From Cenarchaeum sp. (GTDB taxonomy: Archaea; Thermoproteota; Nitrososphaeria; Nitrososphaerales; Nitrosopumilaceae): a stretch of 64,000 nucleotides of DNA. Shown here piece after piece: positions 10,801 to 19,888 of the stretch (position 1 is the first letter of the stretch; each line of letters begins with the position of its first letter). The stretch spans positions 96,001-160,000 of the forward strand of contig CBDESU010000001.1 in the NCBI GenBank assembly GCA_965242695.1. The letters are read 5' to 3'. Both the position numbers and the translations under genes were made by a program. Below the pieces are notes generated by a model. The model was given only the letters and a program-made list of their open reading frames with translations. It did not search any database and was not told the origin of the DNA.

Positions 10801-12261
10801 ATCGGCGAGGTGGGCCCGCTCAACGACGCGGTCCACAAGGCGTACGCGCTTGCCGTGGAGGACTACAACCGGGAGCAGGCAGCGGCGGGATCGCCGGTGC
10901 GGGTGCAGCTGCAGCGCGTCGACACGCCGCCGGTCTCGCCGGTCGAGGGCGTGAGCCGCGCATACGCCGGCGGCGGCGGGCCCGTGGCGTACCTGGGGCC
11001 GATGTTGCCGGCCTCGGCCGCGCCGCTGGCCAAGTTTGCGACCGACAACGGCCTCGTAATGGTCAGTCCGGGAGCAACGTCTGCGAGCCTCGCAATGCGG
11101 GACAACTTTTTCCGCCTCTCGCTGACGGACCGGTACGAGGCCGATCTGCTCACGATTGCGGCCCACCGCGAGGGCGTCCGGACCGTCCTGCCCGTCCTGC
11201 TCGACGAGACGCTCGGCCGCAGCTACGGGAGCGAGATCAGGATAGAGGCAGCCAAGCTCGGCATGGCGTACCTAGATCCCGTCTACATACCGTTTTCGCG
11301 CCAGGCGCTGAACCTGTCGTCGACCGTGGCCGAGATCGACGGGATTGTGGCCGGGCTAGAGTCGAGCGGGACCGACCTGTCGTCGGTCGGGATAATTGCG
11401 GTCGCGCTCAACAAGGACCTCCACTCGCTGGCCCACTATGCGGTCGACTATCCGCGCCTCGCATCGGTAAAGTGGTTCGAGCCGACGCTGCTGTTCGCGC
11501 CGCAGCCGATCACGGATCCAGAGACGCTCCGGCTTGCGCAGACGGTCCCGTTCTACAGCCTGTCTTGGGATCTTCCGCAGACGGAGAGGCTCGAGCGCGT
11601 TCGCAGCACGCTTGCCGAGCGGGAGGGCTTCCCGCCAAACCAGTTCTCGTACGCCGCGTACGACGCCGTGTACATGCTCGCCGACGCAATCCGAATGTCG
11701 ATGGCCCCCGACGGCTCGTACGCGGGGGCGGACGTGGCCTCGAACATGCATGCAGCCGCCGACGGGCTCGACGGCGTGCTCGGCAGCAGCGTGCGCCTGG
11801 ACGAGAACGGCGACCGCATACTGCCAAACCGCGCCATCATATGGAAGACGTCGAGCGAGGGCGCCTGGGAGGACACGACGGACCGTGCCGAGCTGGATCC
11901 CGTGTGCGGCATCTCGCTCGAGAGGGGCACGATCTCGTTTGGCCGCGTAAACGCGGGCGGGCAGTCGGGCACCGAGGCGCAGACGATAACAAACGTCGGC
12001 ACCCTGTCCATTGACGGCATGGAGATCGGCGCGACGGACTGGACGGGCGCCGCAAACTCGACCGTCCTGGACAAGGGCGCGACAAGCGTGATGATCGGCG
12101 GCGGGGAGTGGACCTCGCTGTCCGGCGCGGCCGCGGCGGCGCCCGAGGGCGTGCAGACCGACGCAAAGTTCCGCCTTGATGTACCGCGGTTCACGCCGCA
12201 GAGCAGCGCCGGCGATGCCGAGCAGACCATAACGTACACCGTCTCGTGCGGTGCGCCGTAG
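4870..12261 (+). CDS. Giant secreted protein with six tandem type-1 solute-binding (LivK/Venus-flytrap-like) domains plus terminal Cys-bounded domain
   Basis: Six repeats of IGA.. / YIGP.TS / SPSSTAPSL..GD.LFR / RND.WG / AYD.. / L..NGD. Hydrophobic signal ending SAHA. TATA-like TTATATT at 4854 suggests true start GTG 4888 (or ATG 4942). Confidence 0.9.
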   Translation: MARGVGVRGAGSTCVGVHGRRWWPMLNRSARTGHSAGAIAAFAIAAVAIAGLAAAPPADVAPWSAHAQSSATVKVGALVANATGSDFRDDNRTAVIERAVRLFNGMYDDIDLDLSVTEFVRNETVNREEPRALAGAYDNGAGPSFYIGPTTSEGLTHILENDTTQALLDGDDVLLVTPSSEAPRLADVDNIFRLAFNVARQGDMLVDEMKAAEIKSYIVVARNDTWGQDIAGYVVKRAGQEGLESKGRFMFDINRSAAHWEQVRERVESSAGSVPAGEDRIGVFFFGYDRDYSDMAAAANGSDAIRGNTAWFAPSSTGIGAPSRISNDTARDFSTDVGLTALSQDIADSEAKRGIDEFLFGDGRSRNATFYEYSAHDSVFVLGHAMRMAIAAGGDADNVTAVKRYMAAAAMNYTGAALGDGLLLDGNGDLRAPDSFTVHTLDRSTGEWSDGRTVGSTVTLVGALLAINNTDYDDDEARDALLQAAAEYNNGTDRRPLVKLITYDITDPADQGGYVALDALMRAHDNGAGPSAYIGPSLSSNVDEVLNYSNDNDILLLSYGSESEDLSIPGDNLFRTAVSTDRHGKFMAEVMKDAGVQSVVTVVYGDSWGLSYNASIAAALAPNGLSQAGSVKFEENNTAWGPVLDVIAAAVAKGGMVGVAFVGFDMDQNSLAAAALANSTARSVQWFVSPTGFYEMEGDALDFARNVSLTAIVNDVEESARMLSLDGRVAGDLDFYDYAAYDSLFILGNTIAAAVESGKATNITADDLRPLVPAQADAYDGILGDIALNANGDLGSPDRFAVYKIDGTSGKWMKTDAAKSTPVVRIGALLAIDNADYADNNARDVLRQASADFNAAPGDRPFYVSLTTYDITDPTNSSAYVALGAMTDAYDNGNGPSAYIGPSLSSNVERVLSYATSNDILVLGYASESESLSKPGDNLFRTAISTARHGHFMAQVMADAGVESVVTVVRDDPWGQSMSASIGEALAPNGLRLAGAVKFAPATTDWASTVEEIAAAIGDNSQVGVAFVGVRSEQDGLAAAASGSMAATSATWFVTPSGFYRDMSEATSSFARAVDMTAIVLDVEDGDKKSALDGKVVGELNFYDYAAYDGLFILGNSAAAASGDTGRDVSALNATDLRSVIPAQADLYEGVLGDIALNSKGDLRSPDRFAVWKVDGTTGMWMDTGVTKSTPVVDVGAVVILESDRFDDSPRLAAMHIAVDDYNTAAEDGGALYLNLRVVQTSLSPGSATPTSPVAHEAVMAASGGEDGMRYYVGPSTSGNSQRVLEYANANNLTLISPSSTAPSLATEGDALFRLVPNDSQQGKVLADIVHNQQGALLAALIDQTGHEHVVMVVRNDTWGQGLDASTSGRLGVHEVDITRIVHEESDADWSKTAMDISAEINRVRTATPNDPIAVLHIGFPGDFVSLAAQAPDYPDMRTVPWFGTDGVAGTAPLVTNATARQFADDVNLTATKFDVIANEKFDRLTAALESRGVQVRTTYEYSAYDSVFVLGQAIEAAMSESDSYGPLDVRSAVRAAAAEYEGVLGDIELNRAGDLRTPNSYAAWTVEGDSWTKVETHPSTPVFDVGALLLLDNNPVWTDDREKAAMDVAVDDFNTDHELVGDFYLNLAVQRISIAPNTDSPDPDALAGLMSAHANGAGPSLYIGPSTSGNTGRVLEYANANGIVLISHSSTAPSLAMCGDNLFRMVAPDSRQGGILADLIGAGGGGVTDLVMAVRDDTWGRGVDGTTAEGLGNGTSVTRISFAESEGDWAGVAARLGAAVDSASASAAAKPQGKAAVLFIGFAGDFNSIASQGSAVPSLSSVDWFGPDGVGNSPAIIANSTSVAFAKQVNITTVIFTVRGNAVNERLDPSAVYGPSAYDSVRIMGDAIKAAYAGSGSVPAALDVKAEIPPAAAAYSGALGNVTLDANGDLLSPSAYGVYRIGADDTWDLVRVQDAHGDAGTCEARYITIGELFTAAIGEVGPLNDAVHKAYALAVEDYNREQAAAGSPVRVQLQRVDTPPVSPVEGVSRAYAGGGGPVAYLGPMLPASAAPLAKFATDNGLVMVSPGATSASLAMRDNFFRLSLTDRYEADLLTIAAHREGVRTVLPVLLDETLGRSYGSEIRIEAAKLGMAYLDPVYIPFSRQALNLSSTVAEIDGIVAGLESSGTDLSSVGIIAVALNKDLHSLAHYAVDYPRLASVKWFEPTLLFAPQPITDPETLRLAQTVPFYSLSWDLPQTERLERVRSTLAEREGFPPNQFSYAAYDAVYMLADAIRMSMAPDGSYAGADVASNMHAAADGLDGVLGSSVRLDENGDRILPNRAIIWKTSSEGAWEDTTDRAELDPVCGISLERGTISFGRVNAGGQSGTEAQTITNVGTLSIDGMEIGATDWTGAANSTVLDKGATSVMIGGGEWTSLSGAAAAAPEGVQTDAKFRLDVPRFTPQSSAGDAEQTITYTVSCGAP

Positions 12262-12272
12262 GGGGATGCGCA

Positions 12273-15200
12273 GTGTCCCCGCACCCCGCGAAGGAAGCGA
12301 GCGCCGCCGGCGAAGAGCACGCGTGCAGCAGCGGCCCTGCCCGGGCCGGGGCATCGCCGCCTAGCAGGCCCCCGTACGCCGGCCTCGCATCGATCGCGAT
12401 GGCGGTGCTGGCAGTGGCCGGAGTCGCCGTCGTTGCCCTTGCAGGCGCTGCCGCGCCAGGCGGCCCTGCCCAGGACGGCGCGCAGCTTGACGCGCCGTGG
12501 GCGGCGCACGCCCAGCTGCAGCCGGCCGAGCCGGTCCGCATCGGGGCATTCATGGCGCCGGGCGGCGGATTCGACGACACTCCCCGCATACTCGCGCTCC
12601 GGCACGCCGTCGGCGAGTTCAACATGCAGGGCGGCGGCGCCCTGCTAGAGCTGGCCGAGTACAACTTTACGCGCGGCAACGAGTCGGCCGCACTCGAGGC
12701 CGCGTACGACGGCGGCGCCGGGCCGACGTACTACGTGGGCCCCACGACGAGCAGCGGCCTGTCCTCCATAATGGGCCTTGCCAACGGGAGCGGAATAGTG
12801 CTCGTCAGCCCCGCCTCTGACGCGGCGCACCTTGCCGTGCCGGGCGACACTACGTTCCGCCTCACGATCAGCGTCGAAAAGCAGGCGCGCGCGCTTGCCC
12901 GCATAATGTCAAACGCATCGATCGATGCGGCGGTCACCGTAATACGCGACGATGCGTGGGGGCGCAGCTTCAACGCCTCGCTCAGCGACGAGCTCGGCCT
13001 GCGGGGAGTCGAGCTTGCCGCGTCGGTGCCGTTTGCCGACTCGGGCGCCGACTGGGACGCGGCGGCGGGGGCGGCCGGCGCCGCGGCCTCGGACTTGGCC
13101 GCCGCGCAGGGATCGCCCCGGGCTGGCATCGTGTTTGCCGGCTTTGGATCCGACTACCGCGAGATGGCCGCAGCGGCCGCATCCGCCGGGCCCGGTGACG
13201 CGGCCGCCGCGGCCCGCGGCGTGCCCTGGTTCGCGCCGTCGGCCGCAATCGAGGGATCGACGCTCGTCCCAATAGCCAACAGTACGGTCCGCGCCTTTTC
13301 AGCCCAGGTCAACCTGACTGCACTCGGGCACAACGCGCCGTCAAACGCAGTCACCGACAGGCTGGATGCGGCCCTTGCGCCGCCCGGCGGCGATCCCGAG
13401 CGCCTGACGTACTACGAGTACGCCGCGTACGACTCGCTGTTCGTGCTCGGCACCGCGATCGGGATGGTCCGCGACGCAGCGGGGGGCGATATGCCAGACC
13501 CCGCGGCCGTCGCAGCGGCCATGCCGGCGGCCGCCCTGGCCCACAAGGGGGCCCTGGGCAGGATCGCGCTCAACCCGAGCGGCGACCTTCTCATGCCCGA
13601 CGCGTTCGGCGTGTGGCAGGTCGACGCGTCGGGGGCGTGGAACCGCACGGGCACGGCCGCATCCGGCACTCCGGTCACCGAGATCGGAATGCTCGCCATC
13701 CTGGCCGGCGGGCACGAGGCCAACAGGGTCGCCGCCGCGCGCCTTGCCGTCAACGACCACAACTGGGCGCAGGATGCGGCCGCCGCATCCTCGGGCGAAG
13801 GAGGGGACGGGCGCCACTACCTGCACCTGTCCGTACACAACATTACCGTCAACGACACCCCGCCGCGCGTGCTCGACGTCCTGCGGAATGCCCACGCCGG
13901 CGGAGAGGGCCCGTCGGTGTACGTGGGCCCGTCGACGAGCGGCAACACGGGGAGGGTCCTAGACTACGCCAACGCCAACGGCATCGTGCTCGTCAGCCCG
14001 TCGGCGACGGCGCCGTCCCTGTCGATCGAGGGCGACAACCTGTTCCGACTGGCGCCCGACGACAGCCAGCAGGGCCTCGTGCTTGCGAACGTGATCGGCC
14101 GCGACCTGGCGGCCGCCGGAGGGTCCGGCGGCGGCGCCGGCACGGTCGTAGTGGCCGCCCGCGACGACGCCTGGGGGCGCGACCTGAACCGGACCGCGGC
14201 CGTACGGCTCGCCGCGCTCGGCCTGGACACCGTGCCGATCCAGTTCTCGGAGCGCGCCGAATGGCAGTCGGTCGCGCAGCGGCTAAACGCGGCGATCGAC
14301 TCTGCGAGCGGCGCGGGCGGCCCTGCCGCCGTCCTGTTCATCGGCCTGGCGCCGGACTTTAGGGGGATCGCCCCGCTGGCAGGCGATGCCCTGCCGTGGT
14401 ACGCCCCCGACTCGATCGCCGCCTCGCGCGACATCGCCGGCGATGCGGCCGCGCGCGGCTTTGCCGACAGGGTCAACCTGACGGCGACGCTGTTCAACGC
14501 GCCGGCAAACGCCGAGCAGGACCGCGTCCGGTCGACCCTTGCCGAGTCGGGGATATCGGGCCTGCGCACGTACGACTATTCCACCTACGACTCGGTCTCC
14601 GTTCTCGGCGAGGCCGTTGCCAATGCCTGGGACTCGGGCGCGGACGCGGCGGCCGTTGCGGCCGCAATACCGCCGGCGGCAGGGGCGTACGAGGGGGCCC
14701 TCGGCGACATCGCGCTCAACTCAAAGGGCGACCTGCGCTCGCCCAACGACTATGCGCTTTGGACGATGGAGGACGATGCGTGGAAGCGCATCGAGGTGTT
14801 TGCGGGCACGCCGGTCGTCGAGTTCGGCGCCCTAGTGTCCCTGGACGGCACGCCGGCCTCTGACGCGGCCCGGCTCGAGGCCATGATGCTCGCCGTCGAC
14901 GAGTACAACGGCGCAGCCGAGGCGGCGGGGGGCCCGATGTACATCGACCTGTCCGTGTTCCGCACGAGCATAGTGCCGGCGGCCGCCACGCCGTCGTCGC
15001 CTGCTGCGGCCGCGGCCCTGGAGGCTGCCTACGCCGCCGGCGCCGGCCCGTCGTACTACATCGGCCCGACGACGAGCGGCAACGCCGCCCGGGTCCTCGG
15101 CTTTGCAGACTCGAACAACATTACGCTGATCAGCCCGTCGTCGACGGCCGCGTCCCTTGCCAGGGAGGGCGATGCGCTGTTCCGCCTCGCCCCCAACGAC

Positions 15201-18200
15201 GCCCTGCAGGGCCGCATCCTGGCCGACATCATACACAACCGGCAGGGGGACATCATCGCCGGCCTCATCCGCGGATCGGGCGCGGACGCGGTCGTCTCGC
15301 TAGTGCGCAACGACACGTGGGGGCGCGACCTGGACGACTCGGCGTCGGCCCGCCTTGCCGCTCACGGCATACCCGTAACCAGCATACTGCACGCCCCGCA
15401 CGGCGCAGACTGGACGGATACGGCATCCGAGCTGGACTCGGCGATCGGCTCGCTGCTGGACGGGGGCTCTTCCCCCGCAGTCCTCCATGTCGGGTTCCAG
15501 GGCGACTTTGCCGCGATCGCCGGCGAGAATGCGGCCGGCGGCTACGGCCGCCTTGCATCCGTTCCCTGGTACGGCACGGACGGCATCGCGCGCGGCTCGT
15601 CCGTCGTGTCCGACCCGGACTCGCTTGCGCTCGCCGGCGCGACAAACCTGACGGCGACCGTGTTCGACGCCCCGGCATCTCCGCGGCTTGATGCCGTCAA
15701 GGCGGCCCTGGCCGCGCGCGGCATCGCCTCGCCCGGCCCGTATGCGTACTCTTCGTACGACGCCGTCCTGGTCATGGCCGGCGCCGTCGAGATGGCCATG
15801 GAGTCGAAGGGCGCCTCTACGTACGCGCCGGCCGACGTGCGCGGCATGGTAAGGGCCGCGGCGGCGGCGCACGACGGCGCCCTGGGCGACATCGAGCTCA
15901 ACGGCGCCGGCGACCTGCGCACGCCCAACGGGTACGCCACGTGGACGGTCGAGGACGGGGCCTGGAAGAGGGCCGGCGCGCACCCCTCCACGCCCGTGTT
16001 CGACGTCGGAGCCCTGCTCGTCCTTGGCGCCGGGCAGCCGTACACGGACGGGGCCGAGCTGGGAGTCATCGAGGCGGCCGTCGACGACTTCAACACCGCG
16101 CACGAGCTCGTCGGCGACTTTTACCTCGATCTCGAGGTGCAGCGGATCCGGGCCTCGCCGGGATCGGGATCGGCCGACCCTGGCGCGCTTGCCGGCCTAG
16201 AGGCCGCGCATGCGGGCGGCGCCGGCCCGTCGTACTATGTCGGCCCGTCCTCGAGCGCCAACGCCGCAAGGATGCTCGACTATGCAAACCGCAACGGGCT
16301 CGTCCTGGTCAGCCCGTCGTCGACCGACCCGTCGCTTGCCGTGCCCGCAGATGCCCTGTTCCGCATGATCCCAGACTACACGAGGCACGCCGATGCCCTG
16401 GCGCGGCTCCTCGGCGAGAGGGGCGCGGCCGAGGTCGTGCTCGCCGTCAGGGACGACGCCTGGGGGGCAGGCGTGAATGCATCCGTGCGCGCCGCGCTCG
16501 GCGACCTAGAGGCGCCGCCGGCCGTATCGCAGGTCTCGTTTGCCGAGGACAACGCCGACTGGGCCGCCGTTGCGCGCGAGCTCGGGGCCGCCGCGCAGTC
16601 GGCCGCCTCGCGCGCGGCCGCATCCTCTGCCTACCCAGCCGTCGTGTTCGCCGGATTCGACGGCGACTTTGCGGCCCTCGCGCAGCGGGCGGCGGCCGAT
16701 CCCGATGCGGCGCGCGCGCTTGCATCCGCGGAATGGCTCGGCGCCGGCGGCATCAGCGCCGACCCCGCCACGCTGGCGGGCCCCGGCGCGCTGGATCTCG
16801 CGACGGCCGTCAACCTGACTGCCGTCCGCTTCGCCCCGCCCGCGACGGCCGTTGCGGCCGGCCTGGATCCCGCCGCCACGTACGGGCCGTCCGCGTACGA
16901 CTCTGTGCGCGTCCTGGGCGCGGCGATCGGCGCCGCGTACGCCGACTCGCCAAACGGCACCGCCCCGTGGGGCCCCGCGGTGGGCGAGGAGATGCGCGAG
17001 GCCGCCGCCGAGTACACGGGCGCCCTCGGGGACCTCGAGCTCGACGAAAGCGGCGACCTTGACCACCCAGCCACGTTCGGGGTATACTCGGCGGGCGCAT
17101 CGGCGGCGGACGGCGGGGGCGCATGGACGCTCGACCGCATCCTCGCGCCGGGCGCGGCCGGCGAGTGCCCTGCCGGCACGCGCTGCATCGCGATCGGCGA
17201 GCTGTACACGGCCGAGCTCGGCGAGGCCGCCGAGGAGATTCACGAGGCGTACGCGATGGCCGCCGAGGACTTTAACCGCGAGCAGGCAGCATCGGGCGCC
17301 TCGCCGCGCGCGCATATAGTCCTGCAGCGCGCCGAGGTCTCGCTCTTTTCTCCCCTCGAGGGGCTGGAGGCGGCGTACGCCGGCGGCGCCGGGCCGGCCG
17401 CGTACGTGGGCCCAATCACGAGCTCGTCGGCGCTGGCCATGAAGCCGCTCATCGACAAGGAGGGCATCGTCCTCGTCAGCCCGACGTCGGCGTCGACGGG
17501 CGGCGGCCTGGCCGATGCGGACACGCTGTTCCGCCTGGCCCTCAGCGACACGTACGAGGCGGACCTGCTCGCGATCTCGGCCGGCTACGAGGGCGTCGAG
17601 ACCCTGATTCCTGCCGTCCGCGGCGATGCGTACGGGCTGAGCTACGAGTCCGAGCTGCGCGCCGAGGGGCGGATACTCGGCATTGGCGTGCCCGGCTCGG
17701 TCGTCATGGAGATCGACGACTCTTCCCCGGCGCACGGCCTGCTCGACGCAAGCGCCGACGCGGCCGACCTGAACCGGCTCGCATCCGCGGCCGTCGCGTC
17801 CGGCACGCCGGCATCCGCGGTCGGGATCGTGGTGGCCGGCACGACGACAGACCTCCACGACCTGGCCCACTACGCCGTCGAGTACCCGCTGCTGACCGAG
17901 GCAAAGTGGTTCGAGCCGGGCAACCTCTACCCGCCGCGCCCCATAACTGACGCCGAGACGCTCGAGCTTGCAAGGACGGCCGAGCTGTTCAGCACGCAGT
18001 GGGACGTCCCGCAGACGGGCCGGTTCGACGACGTCCACGACCGCCTTGCCGCAAGGGTCGGCATCGAGCCGCACATGCACTCTTACGCGGCGTACGACGC
18101 CGTCCTGCTCCTCGCCGATGCCGTAAACAGGTCGATGGCCGCCGACGGCTCGTACGCCGGCCCCGACGTGGCGGCCGAGGTGCCCGCCGCCGCGGCGCGG

Positions 18201-18716
18201 CTCCACGGCCTGCTCGGCGACGGCCTGGTGCTCGACGCCGGCGGCGACCGCGTCTCGCCGAGCAGCGTCGTCCTGTGGAAGACCGAGCAGGGGACGGGCA
18301 GGTGGATCGACGACGGCCACCTGCACCTTGATCCTACATGCGGTATCGCCCTCAGGTCGGCCGAGCTTGCGTTCGGCGACGTCCGGCCCGGCCTGCCTTC
18401 GAATGCGGCCGTCCAGGGCGTGCGGGCTGCGGGCACCGTGCCCGTATCCGGACTGGACGTGCATGCGACGCCGTGGACGTCTGCGGGTACGGGCGATACG
18501 GTCCTGCCGAGCGCGGCGACGCAGCTGCTCGTGGGGCGCGACTGGACGCCGCTGGCGGGGACGGTAGACCTTGGAGGCGGCGAGGGCGGCAGCGGCGCCG
18601 CAGTCGCCTCGATCGCCTCTTGGCGCGACCTCAGCTTCCGCGTGAGCCCCGATGCCGGCGCCCCGATGCCGGGGCAGATTGTCCAGACCGTCACGTACGC
18701 CACTACGTGCGACTAG
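12273..18716 (+). CDS. Paralogous giant secreted protein with five tandem type-1 solute-binding domains plus terminal Cys-bounded domain
   Basis: Five repeats of the same motifs. Signal ending WAAHA. In-frame GTG 12 nt after the upstream stop (start uncertain). Last three domains align with domains 4-6 of the upstream gene. Confidence 0.9.
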   Translation: MSPHPAKEASAAGEEHACSSGPARAGASPPSRPPYAGLASIAMAVLAVAGVAVVALAGAAAPGGPAQDGAQLDAPWAAHAQLQPAEPVRIGAFMAPGGGFDDTPRILALRHAVGEFNMQGGGALLELAEYNFTRGNESAALEAAYDGGAGPTYYVGPTTSSGLSSIMGLANGSGIVLVSPASDAAHLAVPGDTTFRLTISVEKQARALARIMSNASIDAAVTVIRDDAWGRSFNASLSDELGLRGVELAASVPFADSGADWDAAAGAAGAAASDLAAAQGSPRAGIVFAGFGSDYREMAAAAASAGPGDAAAAARGVPWFAPSAAIEGSTLVPIANSTVRAFSAQVNLTALGHNAPSNAVTDRLDAALAPPGGDPERLTYYEYAAYDSLFVLGTAIGMVRDAAGGDMPDPAAVAAAMPAAALAHKGALGRIALNPSGDLLMPDAFGVWQVDASGAWNRTGTAASGTPVTEIGMLAILAGGHEANRVAAARLAVNDHNWAQDAAAASSGEGGDGRHYLHLSVHNITVNDTPPRVLDVLRNAHAGGEGPSVYVGPSTSGNTGRVLDYANANGIVLVSPSATAPSLSIEGDNLFRLAPDDSQQGLVLANVIGRDLAAAGGSGGGAGTVVVAARDDAWGRDLNRTAAVRLAALGLDTVPIQFSERAEWQSVAQRLNAAIDSASGAGGPAAVLFIGLAPDFRGIAPLAGDALPWYAPDSIAASRDIAGDAAARGFADRVNLTATLFNAPANAEQDRVRSTLAESGISGLRTYDYSTYDSVSVLGEAVANAWDSGADAAAVAAAIPPAAGAYEGALGDIALNSKGDLRSPNDYALWTMEDDAWKRIEVFAGTPVVEFGALVSLDGTPASDAARLEAMMLAVDEYNGAAEAAGGPMYIDLSVFRTSIVPAAATPSSPAAAAALEAAYAAGAGPSYYIGPTTSGNAARVLGFADSNNITLISPSSTAASLAREGDALFRLAPNDALQGRILADIIHNRQGDIIAGLIRGSGADAVVSLVRNDTWGRDLDDSASARLAAHGIPVTSILHAPHGADWTDTASELDSAIGSLLDGGSSPAVLHVGFQGDFAAIAGENAAGGYGRLASVPWYGTDGIARGSSVVSDPDSLALAGATNLTATVFDAPASPRLDAVKAALAARGIASPGPYAYSSYDAVLVMAGAVEMAMESKGASTYAPADVRGMVRAAAAAHDGALGDIELNGAGDLRTPNGYATWTVEDGAWKRAGAHPSTPVFDVGALLVLGAGQPYTDGAELGVIEAAVDDFNTAHELVGDFYLDLEVQRIRASPGSGSADPGALAGLEAAHAGGAGPSYYVGPSSSANAARMLDYANRNGLVLVSPSSTDPSLAVPADALFRMIPDYTRHADALARLLGERGAAEVVLAVRDDAWGAGVNASVRAALGDLEAPPAVSQVSFAEDNADWAAVARELGAAAQSAASRAAASSAYPAVVFAGFDGDFAALAQRAAADPDAARALASAEWLGAGGISADPATLAGPGALDLATAVNLTAVRFAPPATAVAAGLDPAATYGPSAYDSVRVLGAAIGAAYADSPNGTAPWGPAVGEEMREAAAEYTGALGDLELDESGDLDHPATFGVYSAGASAADGGGAWTLDRILAPGAAGECPAGTRCIAIGELYTAELGEAAEEIHEAYAMAAEDFNREQAASGASPRAHIVLQRAEVSLFSPLEGLEAAYAGGAGPAAYVGPITSSSALAMKPLIDKEGIVLVSPTSASTGGGLADADTLFRLALSDTYEADLLAISAGYEGVETLIPAVRGDAYGLSYESELRAEGRILGIGVPGSVVMEIDDSSPAHGLLDASADAADLNRLASAAVASGTPASAVGIVVAGTTTDLHDLAHYAVEYPLLTEAKWFEPGNLYPPRPITDAETLELARTAELFSTQWDVPQTGRFDDVHDRLAARVGIEPHMHSYAAYDAVLLLADAVNRSMAADGSYAGPDVAAEVPAAAARLHGLLGDGLVLDAGGDRVSPSSVVLWKTEQGTGRWIDDGHLHLDPTCGIALRSAELAFGDVRPGLPSNAAVQGVRAAGTVPVSGLDVHATPWTSAGTGDTVLPSAATQLLVGRDWTPLAGTVDLGGGEGGSGAAVASIASWRDLSFRVSPDAGAPMPGQIVQTVTYATTCD

Positions 18717-18960
18717 GCGGCGCGGCGCGGCGCGCTGTAGACGCGGCCATGCCATGGGATGCTCCCTGCGGGGCGATCGCACTGGGGCCGCCCGCACGAG
18801 GCCTGATTTTGGGCGCCTGCACCGCCATGCGCCGCCGTACTGCGGCCCCTGCTGCCGCCATGCGTACCGTACGCCCCCCATCGCCGGCGCCCGTGCCGCC
18901 GACCCGGGAGCCGCCAGGCCGCCCCTGGCCATACCGTACGGCCCCACCGCCCCGCCCACG

Positions 18961-19000
18961 CCTAGGCGCCCCTAGGCGCCCCTAGGCGCCCCTAGGCGCC
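18961..19000 (+). repeat. (CCTAGGCGCC)x4 array upstream of the amoX promoter
   Basis: Four exact 10-bp copies; the same array occurs upstream of amoA. Confidence 0.95.
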
Positions 19001-19027
19001 CCCGCGTGCCAGCGCTGGCCCGAAAAT

Positions 19028-19042
19028 GAAAAGGCTTTAATA
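19028..19042 (+). promoter_or_regulatory. BRE/TATA promoter of amoX
   Basis: GAAAAGGC-TTTAATA; TATA begins 30 nt before ATG 19066, the same spacing as amoA, dam and Sec61beta (leaderless pattern). Confidence 0.75.
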
Positions 19043-19065
19043 CATGGAATCGAGGCTCGGCGCAA

Positions 19066-19428
19066 ATGACTCTTCCAAAGGGATTTGGATCGGGCGGCGC
19101 CGGCGGCACGAGCTCGGCCGATGTCGAAAAGATGATCGGGCGCCGTGTCGAGAACATGACCGGCCTGATTACCATCTCGTACATCGCTGCATGGCTTGCG
19201 ACCTTTGGCGGCACCGCGGCCGGGTACTTCTACTACCCATGGGCCTATCCGACCCCAAGCGGCCACTACGCCTTCATCGTCCTGACGATAGTCGAGGCCA
19301 TTGGCTACCTGTTCAGCGTAAAGGTGTCCGAGGAGGGATCCACAAAGAAGAGCAACGGCATCATAGCCGCGACGCTCGCTGGCACCGCGGTCGGCACCGT
19401 GCTCATATCGCTGTTCGTGGGCAACTAG
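19066..19428 (+). CDS. amoX: Ammonia monooxygenase accessory subunit AmoX
   Basis: 120-aa membrane protein with LPKGFG, MIGRRVENMTG and YYPWAYPTPSGHYAFIVLT, recognised as the conserved AOA ORF normally adjacent to amoA. Confidence 0.85.
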   Translation: MTLPKGFGSGGAGGTSSADVEKMIGRRVENMTGLITISYIAAWLATFGGTAAGYFYYPWAYPTPSGHYAFIVLTIVEAIGYLFSVKVSEEGSTKKSNGIIAATLAGTAVGTVLISLFVGN

Positions 19429-19440
19429 CCCGGGGATCCA

Positions 19441-19452
19441 TTTTTCGTTTTT
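19441..19452 (+). terminator. Oligo-T terminator after amoX
   Basis: TTTTTCGTTTTT 12 nt after the stop in a GC-rich context. Confidence 0.6.
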
Positions 19453-19888
19453 CGTCGTCGGGAGGGGCGCCTGCGCCCCGCCCTGCGCCGACGGCTGCGG
19501 CGGCGCGCGTGGGGTTCGCCTCGACTCGGGCCTGCGCACCCAGCGCCGCGTACCCGCCGGCATCGTGCAAGGTGGAGTGCATGCCCGCCCGGCGCCGCCC
19601 TGCCGTCCATGGCACTGCCTGCACATCCCTGCCGCCGATCGCCTCTGGCCCGGCACCTGTGGGATGGATGCAGCTGTAGGACATGTCAGATTCCTCCTAG
19701 AATCGAGCACCCGGCGCCCGGTGCGCGGGACTACCGCGAAAATTTCTTGGCGTGACCGTCGATCCGCCCGTCTTTTTGCCCTGCTGACTCAGAGGCCGTG
19801 TTGCACTCCGCGCGAGCAAAAGACGGCCCGCCTGCTGTGCGCACTCGGCTACCCTCTGGCAGGGGACCTGCGAAAAGGGGAGCCTACA

